A stretch of DNA of 64,000 nt from an uncultured virus (IMG/VR IMGVR_UViG_3300003267_000135) (lineage: Duplodnaviria; Heunggongvirae; Uroviricota; Caudoviricetes), in the IMG/VR virus record IMGVR_UViG_3300003267_000135, positions 1 to 64,000 of that record, one strand, 5' to 3'. The first letter of the stretch is position 1, and every line of letters starts with the position of its first letter. Below the pieces are notes generated by a model. It worked only from the letters and a program-made list of their open reading frames with translations, did not search any database and was not told where the DNA came from. Below, piece by piece: positions 17,075-26,290 of this stretch. The position numbers were made by a program, and so were the translations under genes.

Positions 17075-17764
17075 ATGGTTGCCAATTGCAGGCCGCGCAA
17101 ACCCTCAAAGAAGCCCCAATACGCTCTCGCGTTCTCCCTCTACTGCGACGGCGTTGACTGGCCGGAAATCGCTCGCAAAACGGGTCTGCCGCAAGAGCTG
17201 GTCGAACGTTGTGCAGCCCAGCAGAACTGGGCGAACAAACGCGGCAAACTGGCCGGTTCCGAGTCGATCGCCGCACTCGAAACACGCTTGCAGGCGCAGA
17301 ACGTGGTCGATTCAACGCTCGTCCGAGCATCGCAGGAAAGCGCCGAAACGCTCGCGCAAGCCTACGTGCGGCTCATCGGCGAGGCTTCAGCGTTGCCAAC
17401 TGAGCCTTACGCGGACGCAGAGGCCGCGAAACTCACGGAACAGGAGCGTTATCGGCATCATTGCACGATGATTGAGCGCAAAGCCGGGTTGATGCGGATC
17501 GCGACAAGCGGACTGCGCGAGCTGATCGAAACCGCGCAAAACGTTGGCTTGCTCAAGGTTGAGCGCGGAGGGAAACCATCCGACGGGAGCGACGACCGCG
17601 ACAAGCCGATCGACCTGTCGAAGCTCACGCAGCTTAACATTGCGATCGTTCAGGCGACGAGCGGCAACGGGCCGGCCAAGGTGCTCGCGCAGATTGCCAC
17701 GCCAGCCAGCGATGACTTACGCAATGTCGAGCCGATCCCGGTGGACGCGAAAATGGCAGGGTAA
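17075..17764 (+). CDS. Putative terminase small subunit (N-terminal HTH)
   Basis: AFSLY.DG..W.EIARKTGL...VER.A...NW HTH followed by helical region; start at ATG 17075. Confidence 0.55.
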   Translation: MVANCRPRKPSKKPQYALAFSLYCDGVDWPEIARKTGLPQELVERCAAQQNWANKRGKLAGSESIAALETRLQAQNVVDSTLVRASQESAETLAQAYVRLIGEASALPTEPYADAEAAKLTEQERYRHHCTMIERKAGLMRIATSGLRELIETAQNVGLLKVERGGKPSDGSDDRDKPIDLSKLTQLNIAIVQATSGNGPAKVLAQIATPASDDLRNVEPIPVDAKMAG

Positions 17765-18147
17765 ATCAACGACTTGCAGAACGGCGAGCGTTCCACCGCA
17801 CCGCATAACGTAAGCGTCCGGTGACGTGTCCGGTGATGCTCAACGCGTTAGGCGATTTCCTTCGCACTTCGCACAGAATGTTAAGTAAACGTCAAAATCT
17901 TGCGTAAGTCGATCCGGGCTGGCTGCATCCAGCATCGCACCGCGCAACGTCCGCAACGCACTGCCGCGGACCGTGTGAGAGCATACCGCGCGAGCGTCAC
18001 GCCAGCAGGGAGCAGACACGACGCGGGCCGGCACGGTGCAACCGCTCGCCACAAAATCAGGCGTGGCACCCCCCCCGCGCGCCCACCGGCCCACAAGTCT
18101 TCACCACTTCCCCTCCACAAATAAAATTTTTGCCCCCCGTTTTACAA

Positions 18148-18699
18148 TTAGGAGTGAGGATGATTTTTAATTTCTGAGAGGACGCGGGTTTTACAATTGG
18201 CGTCCGGAATGGCGGCGTGAAAAATCGAGAGGAACTTTATGGACCAAAATAGTGTGTCCCCTTTGTAATGTTTGCGAGCGAAGTGGATGACGCCGGCCAT
18301 TGAGGTTACGCGCTGGCCGGAAAAGATTCTCCACGGCAGATGACCTAAATCGAACGCCGAATTTATCTCATCTACGGGTAGGCTGAAAATCGCTGCGAGT
18401 TTGTCCGCGTTGAAAAGAACGGCGTTTTCTTCAAACCACTCGGCAAATCCTTGTTCATCGACCTTAACGACGGCGTAGCGATAGATGTTGTGCAAGGGGT
18501 GTTCGTTGCGAATGGCAATGCGTTCAGCCATGGCAGCTTCGCGCAGCGTATCAAAAACCTGAATATCAACGCGGCGAATATCGTTGAACCAGTGAGCCTC
18601 GCGCCGATGTTCAGCGAGTCGGGCGATTGCGCTCAGTGAAATGCCAACATAAAGCAATCTGCCGGTGGCGTCGAAGTGACGATAGAGGTGGTGTGCCAT
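18148..18699 (-). CDS. GIY-YIG-like nuclease domain protein
   Basis: LYRHFD..G.LLYVGIS....RL.EH...A..AE..AI..EHPLHN. Confidence 0.75.
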   Translation of the reverse strand: MAHHLYRHFDATGRLLYVGISLSAIARLAEHRREAHWFNDIRRVDIQVFDTLREAAMAERIAIRNEHPLHNIYRYAVVKVDEQGFAEWFEENAVLFNADKLAAIFSLPVDEINSAFDLGHLPWRIFSGQRVTSMAGVIHFARKHYKGDTLFWSIKFLSIFHAAIPDANCKTRVLSEIKNHPHS

Positions 18700-18824
18700 G
18701 GGTAAGAGTGCGGCCCATGGATCGCGACGCATCAAACGCGTTTTTCACCGAACAGCTTACCGAACACCAATTTGTTAGCAGAGCTAATGTGACCACATAT
18801 GGAGGGATCGCGTCGAACCTCCTA

Positions 18825-19454
18825 TCATTTCGGGTTTGCTGGGCATTTGGAGACAACCGGGATTTCTTTGGTGAGAGTGACCTTGGAGCGATCGAGGAGA
18901 AGGATTTCGTGTTCCTTGCGGCGCAGGAAAAGGCAGAGGGCGTCGGCCTTGGGGACAGTGTATTGGGCAACCTGAGACACGTTGCGTTCGCGGGCGAAAC
19001 GGGCGGCGATGGCCGGGACGAGCGTGGTCGCAAGCCAGTCGGTTTCGTTGGGACGATGAGCGCGATAAACCGTGAGGGTGTTGGGAAGGTCGGTGAACGC
19101 GGCGAGTTCGCTGGGCTTCATCAGGGAAGTTGCGCGGTTGGGGCGCGGCGAGCTGAGGAGGCGACGCCAGAGAGCGATGTCGGAATGGCCGGTGTAACTG
19201 ACCCAGAGTGTCCCGAGCGTGAACCAATAGCCGTAATCGGTCATGTCACGGTGCAGCTTGGCAAACTTGCGGATCGCGCGCGGCGTGGCCTCGTGGCGCA
19301 AAAGCATGGTGATAACACGGCGATCGATGACGCTCGGCGTGAAGTCGGGCGAAACGTCGTGGTAAACGGTTGGGTGGATGGCGGTGCCGATCTCGACGGA
19401 GTGTTGTCCGCGTCGGATGCGCCGTTCCAGCGTGATTTGCAGATTGGCGCTCAC
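18825..19454 (-). CDS. Hypothetical protein with ADP-ribosyltransferase-like motif pattern
   Basis: LTVYRA..LATT..A.RFA..EHEILL; GTG start overlaps upstream stop. Confidence 0.45.
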   Translation of the reverse strand: MSANLQITLERRIRRGQHSVEIGTAIHPTVYHDVSPDFTPSVIDRRVITMLLRHEATPRAIRKFAKLHRDMTDYGYWFTLGTLWVSYTGHSDIALWRRLLSSPRPNRATSLMKPSELAAFTDLPNTLTVYRAHRPNETDWLATTLVPAIAARFARERNVSQVAQYTVPKADALCLFLRRKEHEILLLDRSKVTLTKEIPVVSKCPANPK

Positions 19455-19615
19455 CGGATTCGAAAATTCATTTTGCGGGTCGATCGCTGGGCCTTGCGGA
19501 CCTTCCGCATGAATGCAGCCACTTCGGCATTGCCGATCATTTTGCACGTGAATTCACGCACCGGATGGCCGGTTTTGGCGGCAATGGCCTCGGCAACTTG
19601 GCGTGCTTTGCTCAC
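19451..19615 (-). CDS. Small basic hypothetical protein (54 aa)
   Basis: MSKARQVAEAIAAK...; GTGA-coupled on both sides. Confidence 0.4.
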   Translation of the reverse strand: MSKARQVAEAIAAKTGHPVREFTCKMIGNAEVAAFMRKVRKAQRSTRKMNFRIR

Positions 19616-20053
19616 GACGGATTTTCGGGTTGCGACAAGTCGGGCGGGATGGGCGACGCTTCGGCTTCGGTGATCTTGCGCTTCACGATCGCGAGTTGGT
19701 CGGTGAGGCGCTTTTCGCGCTCGGTGCAGCGCGGTTTGTTTGTGGCCTGAAGTGGTTTCACTTGTAATGCCGAACGTATCGCTTTTGCGCGTCAAAACTC
19801 GCGCAGCCAAACGCCTGCTCGATCTCCATCGCATGAACGTGCAACAACTCGCTTCGCGCGATGCACTCAATCTGCCACTCGCGACAATTCGCGCTGTTTT
19901 TAGCGGCGCGGCTCGCAAGCTCGGCGGTGTGTTCCCAATCCGCGAGGATGGGCCGCAGAATCGGCGCGGCAATAGCCCACCGCAGACGTAATACCAGTCG
20001 CTTTATCATAGCGCCCGCACACGAATCAGAAATCAGACGACACGGCAAGTCCG

Positions 20054-20071
20054 ACTTTTGCTTGACGCAAG
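20054..20071 (+). promoter_or_regulatory. Repeated 18-bp motif, copy 3
   Basis: Exact ACTTTTGCTTGACGCAAG, 27 nt before the MTase ATG. Confidence 0.75.
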
Positions 20072-20098
20072 ATCATCGTGGGCAGTAGTTGTGATGGC

Positions 20099-20773
20099 AT
20101 GTCAGCAACAGGCCGAGGGACCACGCGCGATCCGAAAGATTTTTACGCAACGCCGCGCCCGGCGTTTGCGCCCATGTTGCTTCACCTTCCGCGCTCGTCG
20201 CAGTTCTGGGAACCGTGCGCTGGTGACGGACGGCTGGTTGAGATGCTGTGTAATTCCGGACGCAACGCCTACGGCTCCGACCTGTATCCACAATCGACTG
20301 ACGGTAAGTTGTATTTGCCCCAGCCGGTCGATTACCTGAAGGACAACGCGCAACGTGATTTTGTAGTAACCAATCCGCCGTTTTCCGTGGCGTTTGAAAT
20401 GTGCCAGCACGCGATGACGCATAGCAGCGAGTTCATGTTTTTGCTGCGGCTGTCATTCCTCGAATCAGAGGAACGCGGTCCGTGGCTAGAACAGCATGAG
20501 CCCGCTGGGTTGTGGGTGCTGAAAAAGCGCCCGTCGTTCGTGATGTCGATTACGTGCAAATCTGTGCCGACCGCTGAGGAGATGGACAGGCTAAATATCG
20601 CATTGCCGATTGAATGTCGCCACAACTGGCTTTTGCCGATCGAATCCGATCGCCCGAAGGTTTGCCCGAAGTGCGGCGGCAAAACGCTGTCAATTTCCAC
20701 GTCGGACAATTCAGGATACGCGTGGTTTTATTGGGGACCGCGCGCCGAGCTGTCAGGCATTCATCACATATGA
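20099..20773 (+). CDS. Amino-DNA methyltransferase (NPPF type)
   Basis: DFYATP, WEPCAGDG (motif I), VVTNPPF (motif IV), LLRLSFLE, YAWFYW. Confidence 0.85.
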   Translation: MSATGRGTTRDPKDFYATPRPAFAPMLLHLPRSSQFWEPCAGDGRLVEMLCNSGRNAYGSDLYPQSTDGKLYLPQPVDYLKDNAQRDFVVTNPPFSVAFEMCQHAMTHSSEFMFLLRLSFLESEERGPWLEQHEPAGLWVLKKRPSFVMSITCKSVPTAEEMDRLNIALPIECRHNWLLPIESDRPKVCPKCGGKTLSISTSDNSGYAWFYWGPRAELSGIHHI

Positions 20774-21015
20774 GCCGTGATTCGACCTGCAAGCTGCGCC
20801 TGTTCTTCTACGAGAAATCCGAGAGCGGAAAGGCGCTGCGCTTCGTGGACAAGCCGACGCGGGCTGACGTGAAACGCTGGGAGTGGATTCCGGTAAGCCT
20901 GATTCTGCACACGACGAAGTTTCCCAAGGTCGCCGGCCGCGACTATCAGGAATGGGAGATCACGGTACCTGAGTTCATCGCCGAGCAGAAAAACCTTGGC
21001 GATTTCGAGGTGTGA
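20770..21015 (+). CDS. Hypothetical protein
   Basis: ATGA-coupled, MSRDSTCK... Confidence 0.6.
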   Translation: MSRDSTCKLRLFFYEKSESGKALRFVDKPTRADVKRWEWIPVSLILHTTKFPKVAGRDYQEWEITVPEFIAEQKNLGDFEV

Positions 21016-21110
21016 TCATCGCGCTCGTTATCGCCCTTGCAATTGCTGCCGCGTTTGTCGGCGGGTTGTGGGCGATCGACCGATTCTTCCGCGATGACGA
21101 TTGGGAATAA
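21012..21110 (+). CDS. Small membrane peptide (32 aa)
   Basis: MIIALVIALAIAAAFVGGLWAIDRFFRDDDWE; GTGA-coupled. Confidence 0.45.
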   Translation: MIIALVIALAIAAAFVGGLWAIDRFFRDDDWE

Positions 21111-21345
21111 TCCCGACTTAGCTCGTCGGTAAGTTGCGAATAAGTTGCGTGGGAATTTTTCCGGATTTGTCTTGCAGAACGCGGCTGAGTTGTCGTGCAT
21201 TGTGCCACGTCCACGCGACCGAGAGACCTGTAACCTCTCCTCGCACTTTCAAATTTCCAGAGGCGCGGCGCGTCTCAATTTGGAAACAAAGTCCTGAGCG
21301 TCGGAACCGGGTTACAGCGGTCCGACGCTCAGGCATTTCTATCCC

Positions 21346-21702
21346 ATGAGTTACGCCGATAAGCTACGTGATCCGCGTTGGCAAAAGAAGCGACTGCTGA
21401 TCCTTCAACGTGATCGATTTGAGTGCCGCGACTGTCGCAACTCGCACCGTGAATTGCAGGTTCATCACTGTTTTTACTCCAAGTGCGAACCGTGGGAGAT
21501 CGCCGACGAAATGCTTTTGACGCTGTGCGTTGATTGCCACGAGACGCGCCAAGCGATGCAGAATGAGGCTAAGTTTAATTTGGCTCGGCTAATGGCGCAT
21601 CTCAGTAAAAACGAGCTGCTCGCGTTTACTGAATCACTTGATGATGCAGCAAACAACGAAACGCCGTGGCCAGTCATCAGCGGACAGAAAGGGGAGTCAT
21701 GA
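21346..21702 (+). CDS. HNH-domain protein
   Basis: DPRWQKKRL.IL.RD.F.C..C....LQVHH..Y...L.TLC..CH. Confidence 0.82.
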   Translation: MSYADKLRDPRWQKKRLLILQRDRFECRDCRNSHRELQVHHCFYSKCEPWEIADEMLLTLCVDCHETRQAMQNEAKFNLARLMAHLSKNELLAFTESLDDAANNETPWPVISGQKGES

Positions 21703-22445
21703 GCGCGATCCCTTACGTCAAGTTCTTCCCATCGGATTGGCTGAGTGAGGAGAGTTTGCGACTCGTCTCATACGCTGCTCGTGGCCTTTGGATCGATATG
21801 CTTTGTCTAATGGCGAAGAACCAGCGACGCGGTTACCTTGAGGTAACGGGGGGCTTAACGGGGGGGGTTAAGCCCACCCTTGCGCAACTGGCTAAACTTA
21901 CGTGTGGAAACGAGGCTGAAATAGGGGCTCTTTTGGATGAGTTAAAAGGCGCAGGCGTGTGCTCGATTGAGCCGGAAACAGGGGTCATATACAGTAGGCG
22001 CATGGTTCGCGATACTGAGCTTTACAATCAATCAGTTGCATTCGGAAAACAGGGAGGAAATCCAGTCTTGAACAGAAGGCGGAACAAGAGGCTTAACCCC
22101 CCCGTTAAGCCAAACGGACAACCCTCTCTGGGTTCTGGATCTATGGGTTCTGGCTTTAATTCTTCCTCCGGATCGGAATCGCCGATAAATGGGCATTCGG
22201 GGCGTCCATCACTTGACCTTTGGATTGCCGAATGTGAACGCCGTCACCCTGATTGGCCGCGTAAAGATGCCCAGCGGGCTTGGGAACACTACGAAAAAGT
22301 TGGCTGGCGAACCAGCAGCAACGTCCCAATCAAAAAGTGGGAAATGTGCATCGGAACGTGTTACGGGCGCTGGGAGGAAAAGCATGGGCGGAATGGCTCC
22401 CAACTTCAGCTCACCGCTGAGGAACTGAATAGCCGCCGCGTATGA
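21699..22445 (+). CDS. Phage replication initiator (DUF1376/replisome-organiser-like)
   Basis: PYVKFFPSDWL...ARGLWIDMLCLM, IYSRRMVRD; directly upstream of the helicase; contains origin-like repeats. Confidence 0.75.
   Translation: MSAIPYVKFFPSDWLSEESLRLVSYAARGLWIDMLCLMAKNQRRGYLEVTGGLTGGVKPTLAQLAKLTCGNEAEIGALLDELKGAGVCSIEPETGVIYSRRMVRDTELYNQSVAFGKQGGNPVLNRRRNKRLNPPVKPNGQPSLGSGSMGSGFNSSSGSESPINGHSGRPSLDLWIAECERRHPDWPRKDAQRAWEHYEKVGWRTSSNVPIKKWEMCIGTCYGRWEEKHGRNGSQLQLTAEELNSRRV
21844..22111. repeat. Inverted pair of GGCTTAAC(G)7-8TTAAGCC palindromes (candidate origin iterons)
   Basis: 21852-21874 and reverse complement at 22090-22111, inside the initiator gene. Confidence 0.6.
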
Positions 22446-24319
22446 ACGCCGCCGAAGTTAAAACACGACTGGCCGACCGAGCGTTGGAGATTTGCGAAAT
22501 GCTTTTGCCGCTTGGAAAGCGCGTCGGTGCGGAGTGGTGCGTCGGCTCTCTCGGCGGGGAGGTTGGCAACTCGCTGAAAATTCATCTGACTGGCAGCAAG
22601 GCCGGCGTCTGGCAGGACTTTGCTGGAGATGCCAAAGGCGACATCATTGATCTTTGGATGGCCGTTCGCGGCCTTCAATTCCCCGAGACGCTGAAACAGG
22701 CGAAGGAATTTTTAGGCGTTGCCGACGACGCACGCGAGTTTCACAGGCCGGCACAGCGTGCGGCACAAAAGGTTTACTCGAAACCGATCACGAGCCCGGT
22801 TGAGCCGCTTCAATCTGGTGGGGCTGTTTTCGATTACCTGACCCAAGTTCGCAAACTGCACGTGCCGACATTGCACCGCTACAAAGTCGGCCAGTTCTCG
22901 CATATGCGTGTCGGCGCTTCGATGGTGTTCCCGTGTTACGATCCCGAAGGCAAGGAAATCGACCTTTTGAAATTCATGGGTGTCGAACGGCCCGAAGGCA
23001 AAAAGATGATTTGGGCGTCGCCTGACAGCAAACCGCGTTTGTTTGGCTGGCAGGGCATTGATCGCAACAAACGCGAGGTTCACATCACCGAGGGGGAGAT
23101 CGACGCCTTAACGCTGGCAGGGTGGGGCCTAAATGCCGTTTCCCTGCCACAGGGCTGCAAAAACATGGAATGGATCGAACACGATTACGAGGCGTTGGAG
23201 TATTTCGAGAAAATCCATGTTTGGACGGACATGGACGAGCCGGGCAAAAAAGCGGCGGCGGAAATCGCACAACGGTTGGGCCGCGAGCGATGCTTTCGCG
23301 TGGAATTGCCGTCTCCCTACAAAGACGCGAACGAGGCGCAGTGTGTCGGCAGCTTTGATTTTGCAGATTTTCAAGACTGCATCGACTGTGCAAAAACGCT
23401 GGACCCGGTTGAACTACGAAACCTGTCCGAGTTCTCGGCAGATGGTTGGGAGGCACTTCACCCAACGACGCAAGCGACCCTCGGAACTGAAACGCCGATA
23501 GGTTTGCCGTGGCGATGCCGCTTTGGTGAGGTTTCGATTTGGACTGGTTGGAGCGGCCACGGGAAGACCCTCGCGCTAAATAATTTTCTCATTCACGACG
23601 CGTCGCAGGGCGAACGATGCTGCGTCGCGTCGCTCGAAATGCCCGCAAACAAACTCGTGGCCGCGTTCGTAAAACTTGCGCTTGGCACGCACCCGCCAAA
23701 AGAGCGGCGAGATCGATACGATGCCGCGTTACAGTGGCTCTCCGACAAGGTTTGGATCGTCAACAAGGTTGGCGTCATGCATTGGACGAAGGTGATTCCG
23801 ATCATGGAATACGCCGCGCGCCGCTATGGTTGCACGCGGTTCGTCGTCGATTCGTTGGTGCGACTTGGAATCGGAGAAGATGACTACGATGGGCAAAAGG
23901 AAGCCGTTGGAGCCATGGCGGAATTTGCCGCTCGGTTCGGCCATGTGCATCTCGTCTGTCACTCGCGAAAGCTAGAAGATGAGAGCAAGGCACCGGGCAA
24001 ACTTGATGTGCGCGGCTCAAGCACAATCACCGACTTAGTTCACAACGGATTCACGGTATGGAGAAACAAGAAGAAGGAACAGCAGATGGAGGAATTTCAA
24101 AACGGGAGAGATGATCCCGGTAAGCGCGGAGAGATTGAAAAGCTACGCGACGCACAGATCGCGCTTTGGAAGGAGCGTGACACAGGTAATGAGCCGTGGC
24201 GCAACCTTTGGATTCACCGCCCAAGCGGGCAATACCTCAGTGCGCCCGATGCGCAACCGCGAATCTACGTGCCAGAACCGCAGATGAAAACAAGCCGAAT
24301 TAATGTCACAGGACACTGA
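22442..24319 (+). CDS. Primase-helicase (T7 gp4/Twinkle-like, TOPRIM + SF4 helicase)
   Basis: ITEGEIDAL, WTDMDEPG, KDANE; TGWSGHGKT, VVDSL, LVCHSRK, DVRGS. Confidence 0.92.
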   Translation: MNAAEVKTRLADRALEICEMLLPLGKRVGAEWCVGSLGGEVGNSLKIHLTGSKAGVWQDFAGDAKGDIIDLWMAVRGLQFPETLKQAKEFLGVADDAREFHRPAQRAAQKVYSKPITSPVEPLQSGGAVFDYLTQVRKLHVPTLHRYKVGQFSHMRVGASMVFPCYDPEGKEIDLLKFMGVERPEGKKMIWASPDSKPRLFGWQGIDRNKREVHITEGEIDALTLAGWGLNAVSLPQGCKNMEWIEHDYEALEYFEKIHVWTDMDEPGKKAAAEIAQRLGRERCFRVELPSPYKDANEAQCVGSFDFADFQDCIDCAKTLDPVELRNLSEFSADGWEALHPTTQATLGTETPIGLPWRCRFGEVSIWTGWSGHGKTLALNNFLIHDASQGERCCVASLEMPANKLVAAFVKLALGTHPPKERRDRYDAALQWLSDKVWIVNKVGVMHWTKVIPIMEYAARRYGCTRFVVDSLVRLGIGEDDYDGQKEAVGAMAEFAARFGHVHLVCHSRKLEDESKAPGKLDVRGSSTITDLVHNGFTVWRNKKKEQQMEEFQNGRDDPGKRGEIEKLRDAQIALWKERDTGNEPWRNLWIHRPSGQYLSAPDAQPRIYVPEPQMKTSRINVTGH

Positions 24320-24327
24320 ATACTAAA

Positions 24328-24783
24328 ATGACATGCCCCTCACCCGAGCCGAGCTTGAAAAGTATTTCCCCGGAAAGCCGGAAAGTTTTTACGTCCGCAA
24401 CGCCAGTGACGCTGCGCCTGCGCGGAATGAACCTGTGCAGCTACAAAAACCACAAGCGCGCGATTTACAGCCCCAAAAAGCAGCGAACTTTTCTCATAAC
24501 CGACCCCGACATAAAAAAACGGATACAGGTGATCGTGGACAGTTTCGCGTCACAATTAACTGCCGCTTCGCAAGCCGCCACCGGGTCGATCTCGACGGAA
24601 TCGCTGCGAGCATTTTTGATGCGCTCATTACCGCACGACGATTGTTGGACGGCGATCCCTGAGTTGAGGATCACCGGGCAGCTCGTCGAAAGCGAAGCGG
24701 AGGCGGGAGCGGACATAACGATTGAAAGATTGGACGCGCCTAAGCCGAGTCAGCTTTTGCTTGACGCAAGTTCCGGCGCGTAA
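24328..24783 (+). CDS. RusA-like fragment A (N- and C-terminal motifs)
   Basis: L.G.N..SYKN...FLIT and LPHDDCW..I.EL.I...GADITIE. Confidence 0.5.
   Translation: MTCPSPEPSLKSISPESRKVFTSATPVTLRLRGMNLCSYKNHKRAIYSPKKQRTFLITDPDIKKRIQVIVDSFASQLTAASQAATGSISTESLRAFLMRSLPHDDCWTAIPELRITGQLVESEAEAGADITIERLDAPKPSQLLLDASSGA
24333..24662 (+). CDS. Overlapping ORF carrying a RusA-like catalytic segment
   Basis: FRVTINCRFASRHRVDLDGIAASIFDAL resembles the RusA RRDLDN..K...DAL segment. Confidence 0.5.
   Translation: MPLTRAELEKYFPGKPESFYVRNASDAAPARNEPVQLQKPQARDLQPQKAANFSHNRPRHKKTDTGDRGQFRVTINCRFASRHRVDLDGIAASIFDALITARRLLDGDP
24753..24770 (+). promoter_or_regulatory. Repeated 18-bp motif, copy 4 (GCTTTTGCTTGACGCAAG)
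   Basis: 17/18 match; 26 nt before ATG 24797. Confidence 0.72.
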
Positions 24784-24796
24784 TAATTGGCGTGTC

Positions 24797-25312
24797 ATGG
24801 CACTCCTGAATTACACCACCGAGGTTCCGGCAAGTCGCAGCATTGCCGAGATCACGCAGATGCTCACCGACGGCGGCGCGACTCACATCATGCTCGAAAA
24901 CGGACCCGACCGCGAGATCGTCGCCATCAGCTTTATGATGGACACGACGTTTGGGGCGCGCGTCCCATTCCAGTTGCCCGCGAACGTCCCCAAGGTGATT
25001 GCGACGATCAACGCGCAGATTGCTGCCGAAACGAAACTGGTGAATCAGCGGAGCAACTACAAGCGGCGCATTCCTCGTTCGCTTTGGAACAACAAAGAAC
25101 AAGCCGAGCGCATCGCGTGGCGGATTGCTAAGGACTGGCTTGAGGCACAGATGGCACTCGCGCAAATCGGCTCGTCAAAGTTCGAGCAAATTATGATGCC
25201 GTTCGCGCAGATCGCCGGGCGCAGCTTTTACGATCATGTTGTCGAACGCGGCTCTCTCGCGCTGATGCCGCCGAACAAAGAGGAAAACGCAATTGCCGTG
25301 GAGCCCGTCTAA
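24797..25312 (+). CDS. Conserved phage hypothetical protein
   Basis: LLNYTT.V...RSI.EI..ML...GA; QAERIAWRI.KDW.EAQMA; FEQ..MPF. Confidence 0.7.
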   Translation: MALLNYTTEVPASRSIAEITQMLTDGGATHIMLENGPDREIVAISFMMDTTFGARVPFQLPANVPKVIATINAQIAAETKLVNQRSNYKRRIPRSLWNNKEQAERIAWRIAKDWLEAQMALAQIGSSKFEQIMMPFAQIAGRSFYDHVVERGSLALMPPNKEENAIAVEPV

Positions 25313-25839
25313 TGTCCCTCGCAGGAATACAACCCAAGCAGAAGATTCCCGGCGCAGTCGTCGAAGACTTGAGGAACTACGCGTCGGCACTTGGATTGCC
25401 GCACGACTGGCACGAGTTTGTTACCGTCAAAACAAGCACATCGCTCAGCGAATCGAAGTGGTTTGTTGAATACAACGGTAAGGCGCTTGCGACCTACGAG
25501 CTGGATTTGTTGCACAAGATCAAGGACGCCAAGCACCACGTTCCAATTCCCCCACCCGTCGATCCGCTCGTGGTCGCGTCCGAGCTGGCGGTATTGCAGC
25601 CGACCGATTTGAGGTTTCGGCGATTCAACGACTGCATTTTTCGCGTGGATGAAATTGCCGCCGTTGACGGAAAGTTGATTAAAGACGGCAAGATGCGATT
25701 TCGCGTGATTCTGAAAAACGGCAAAGAGTTTGAGGGTGAAAACGAAAAAAACTACGCCAACAGCGGCATGAGCACGTTCGAGTTTTTCATTGAGCACGTC
25801 CTTGGACTGACGCCGATTTCCCGTGAGCCCAATCGGTAG
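25312..25839 (+). CDS. Hypothetical protein, paralog of the next gene
   Basis: LQPTDLRFRRF..FFIEHVL. Confidence 0.65.
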   Translation: MSLAGIQPKQKIPGAVVEDLRNYASALGLPHDWHEFVTVKTSTSLSESKWFVEYNGKALATYELDLLHKIKDAKHHVPIPPPVDPLVVASELAVLQPTDLRFRRFNDCIFRVDEIAAVDGKLIKDGKMRFRVILKNGKEFEGENEKNYANSGMSTFEFFIEHVLGLTPISREPNR

Positions 25840-26290
25840 CATTTTCGGCAATGCGGCTGCGTCGTGTGCCGCGCAGGCCGCGATCAGCAATGCGCAAGCC
25901 TCTATCGGCGGCGGAACATATCCAAACGGGATGGGCGGTGCGTCAAATCAGGCAAGTTATCCCGGCTTTTCTGGTTGGTCTGGCACACCAATCGCCACGC
26001 CGGCACAGCGCGATCCGCTGGAATACGCGACGGAGACCGCGTTGAAGCAACCGGCCGACAAGCGTTGGCGTCGCTTTCAACACGCGCTGTTTTTGGCCGA
26101 GGACGTGATCGGCGTTCACGCGGAGGGCAGCGGGAGCATTTGCGTGCGGCTCCATCACTCAAATTCCGGCTCGACGATGAGCGATTATAATTACGTGTTC
26201 ACGCTGCCGTTTGATTGCGCCGATCCTGTGCAATGGTTTGCTGAGCACGTGCTGAACATGGATTTTCCCAACGCGAAACACGCGACATGA
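25823..26290 (+). CDS. Hypothetical protein, paralog of the previous gene
   Basis: KQPADKRWRRF..WFAEHVL. Confidence 0.65.
   Translation: MSPIGSIFGNAAASCAAQAAISNAQASIGGGTYPNGMGGASNQASYPGFSGWSGTPIATPAQRDPLEYATETALKQPADKRWRRFQHALFLAEDVIGVHAEGSGSICVRLHHSNSGSTMSDYNYVFTLPFDCADPVQWFAEHVLNMDFPNAKHAT

Noticed and set aside
17795..17900. dif/Xer-like site after the TerS-like gene
   Set aside because: Only a partial CGCATAA half-site resemblance; no convincing XerD arm.
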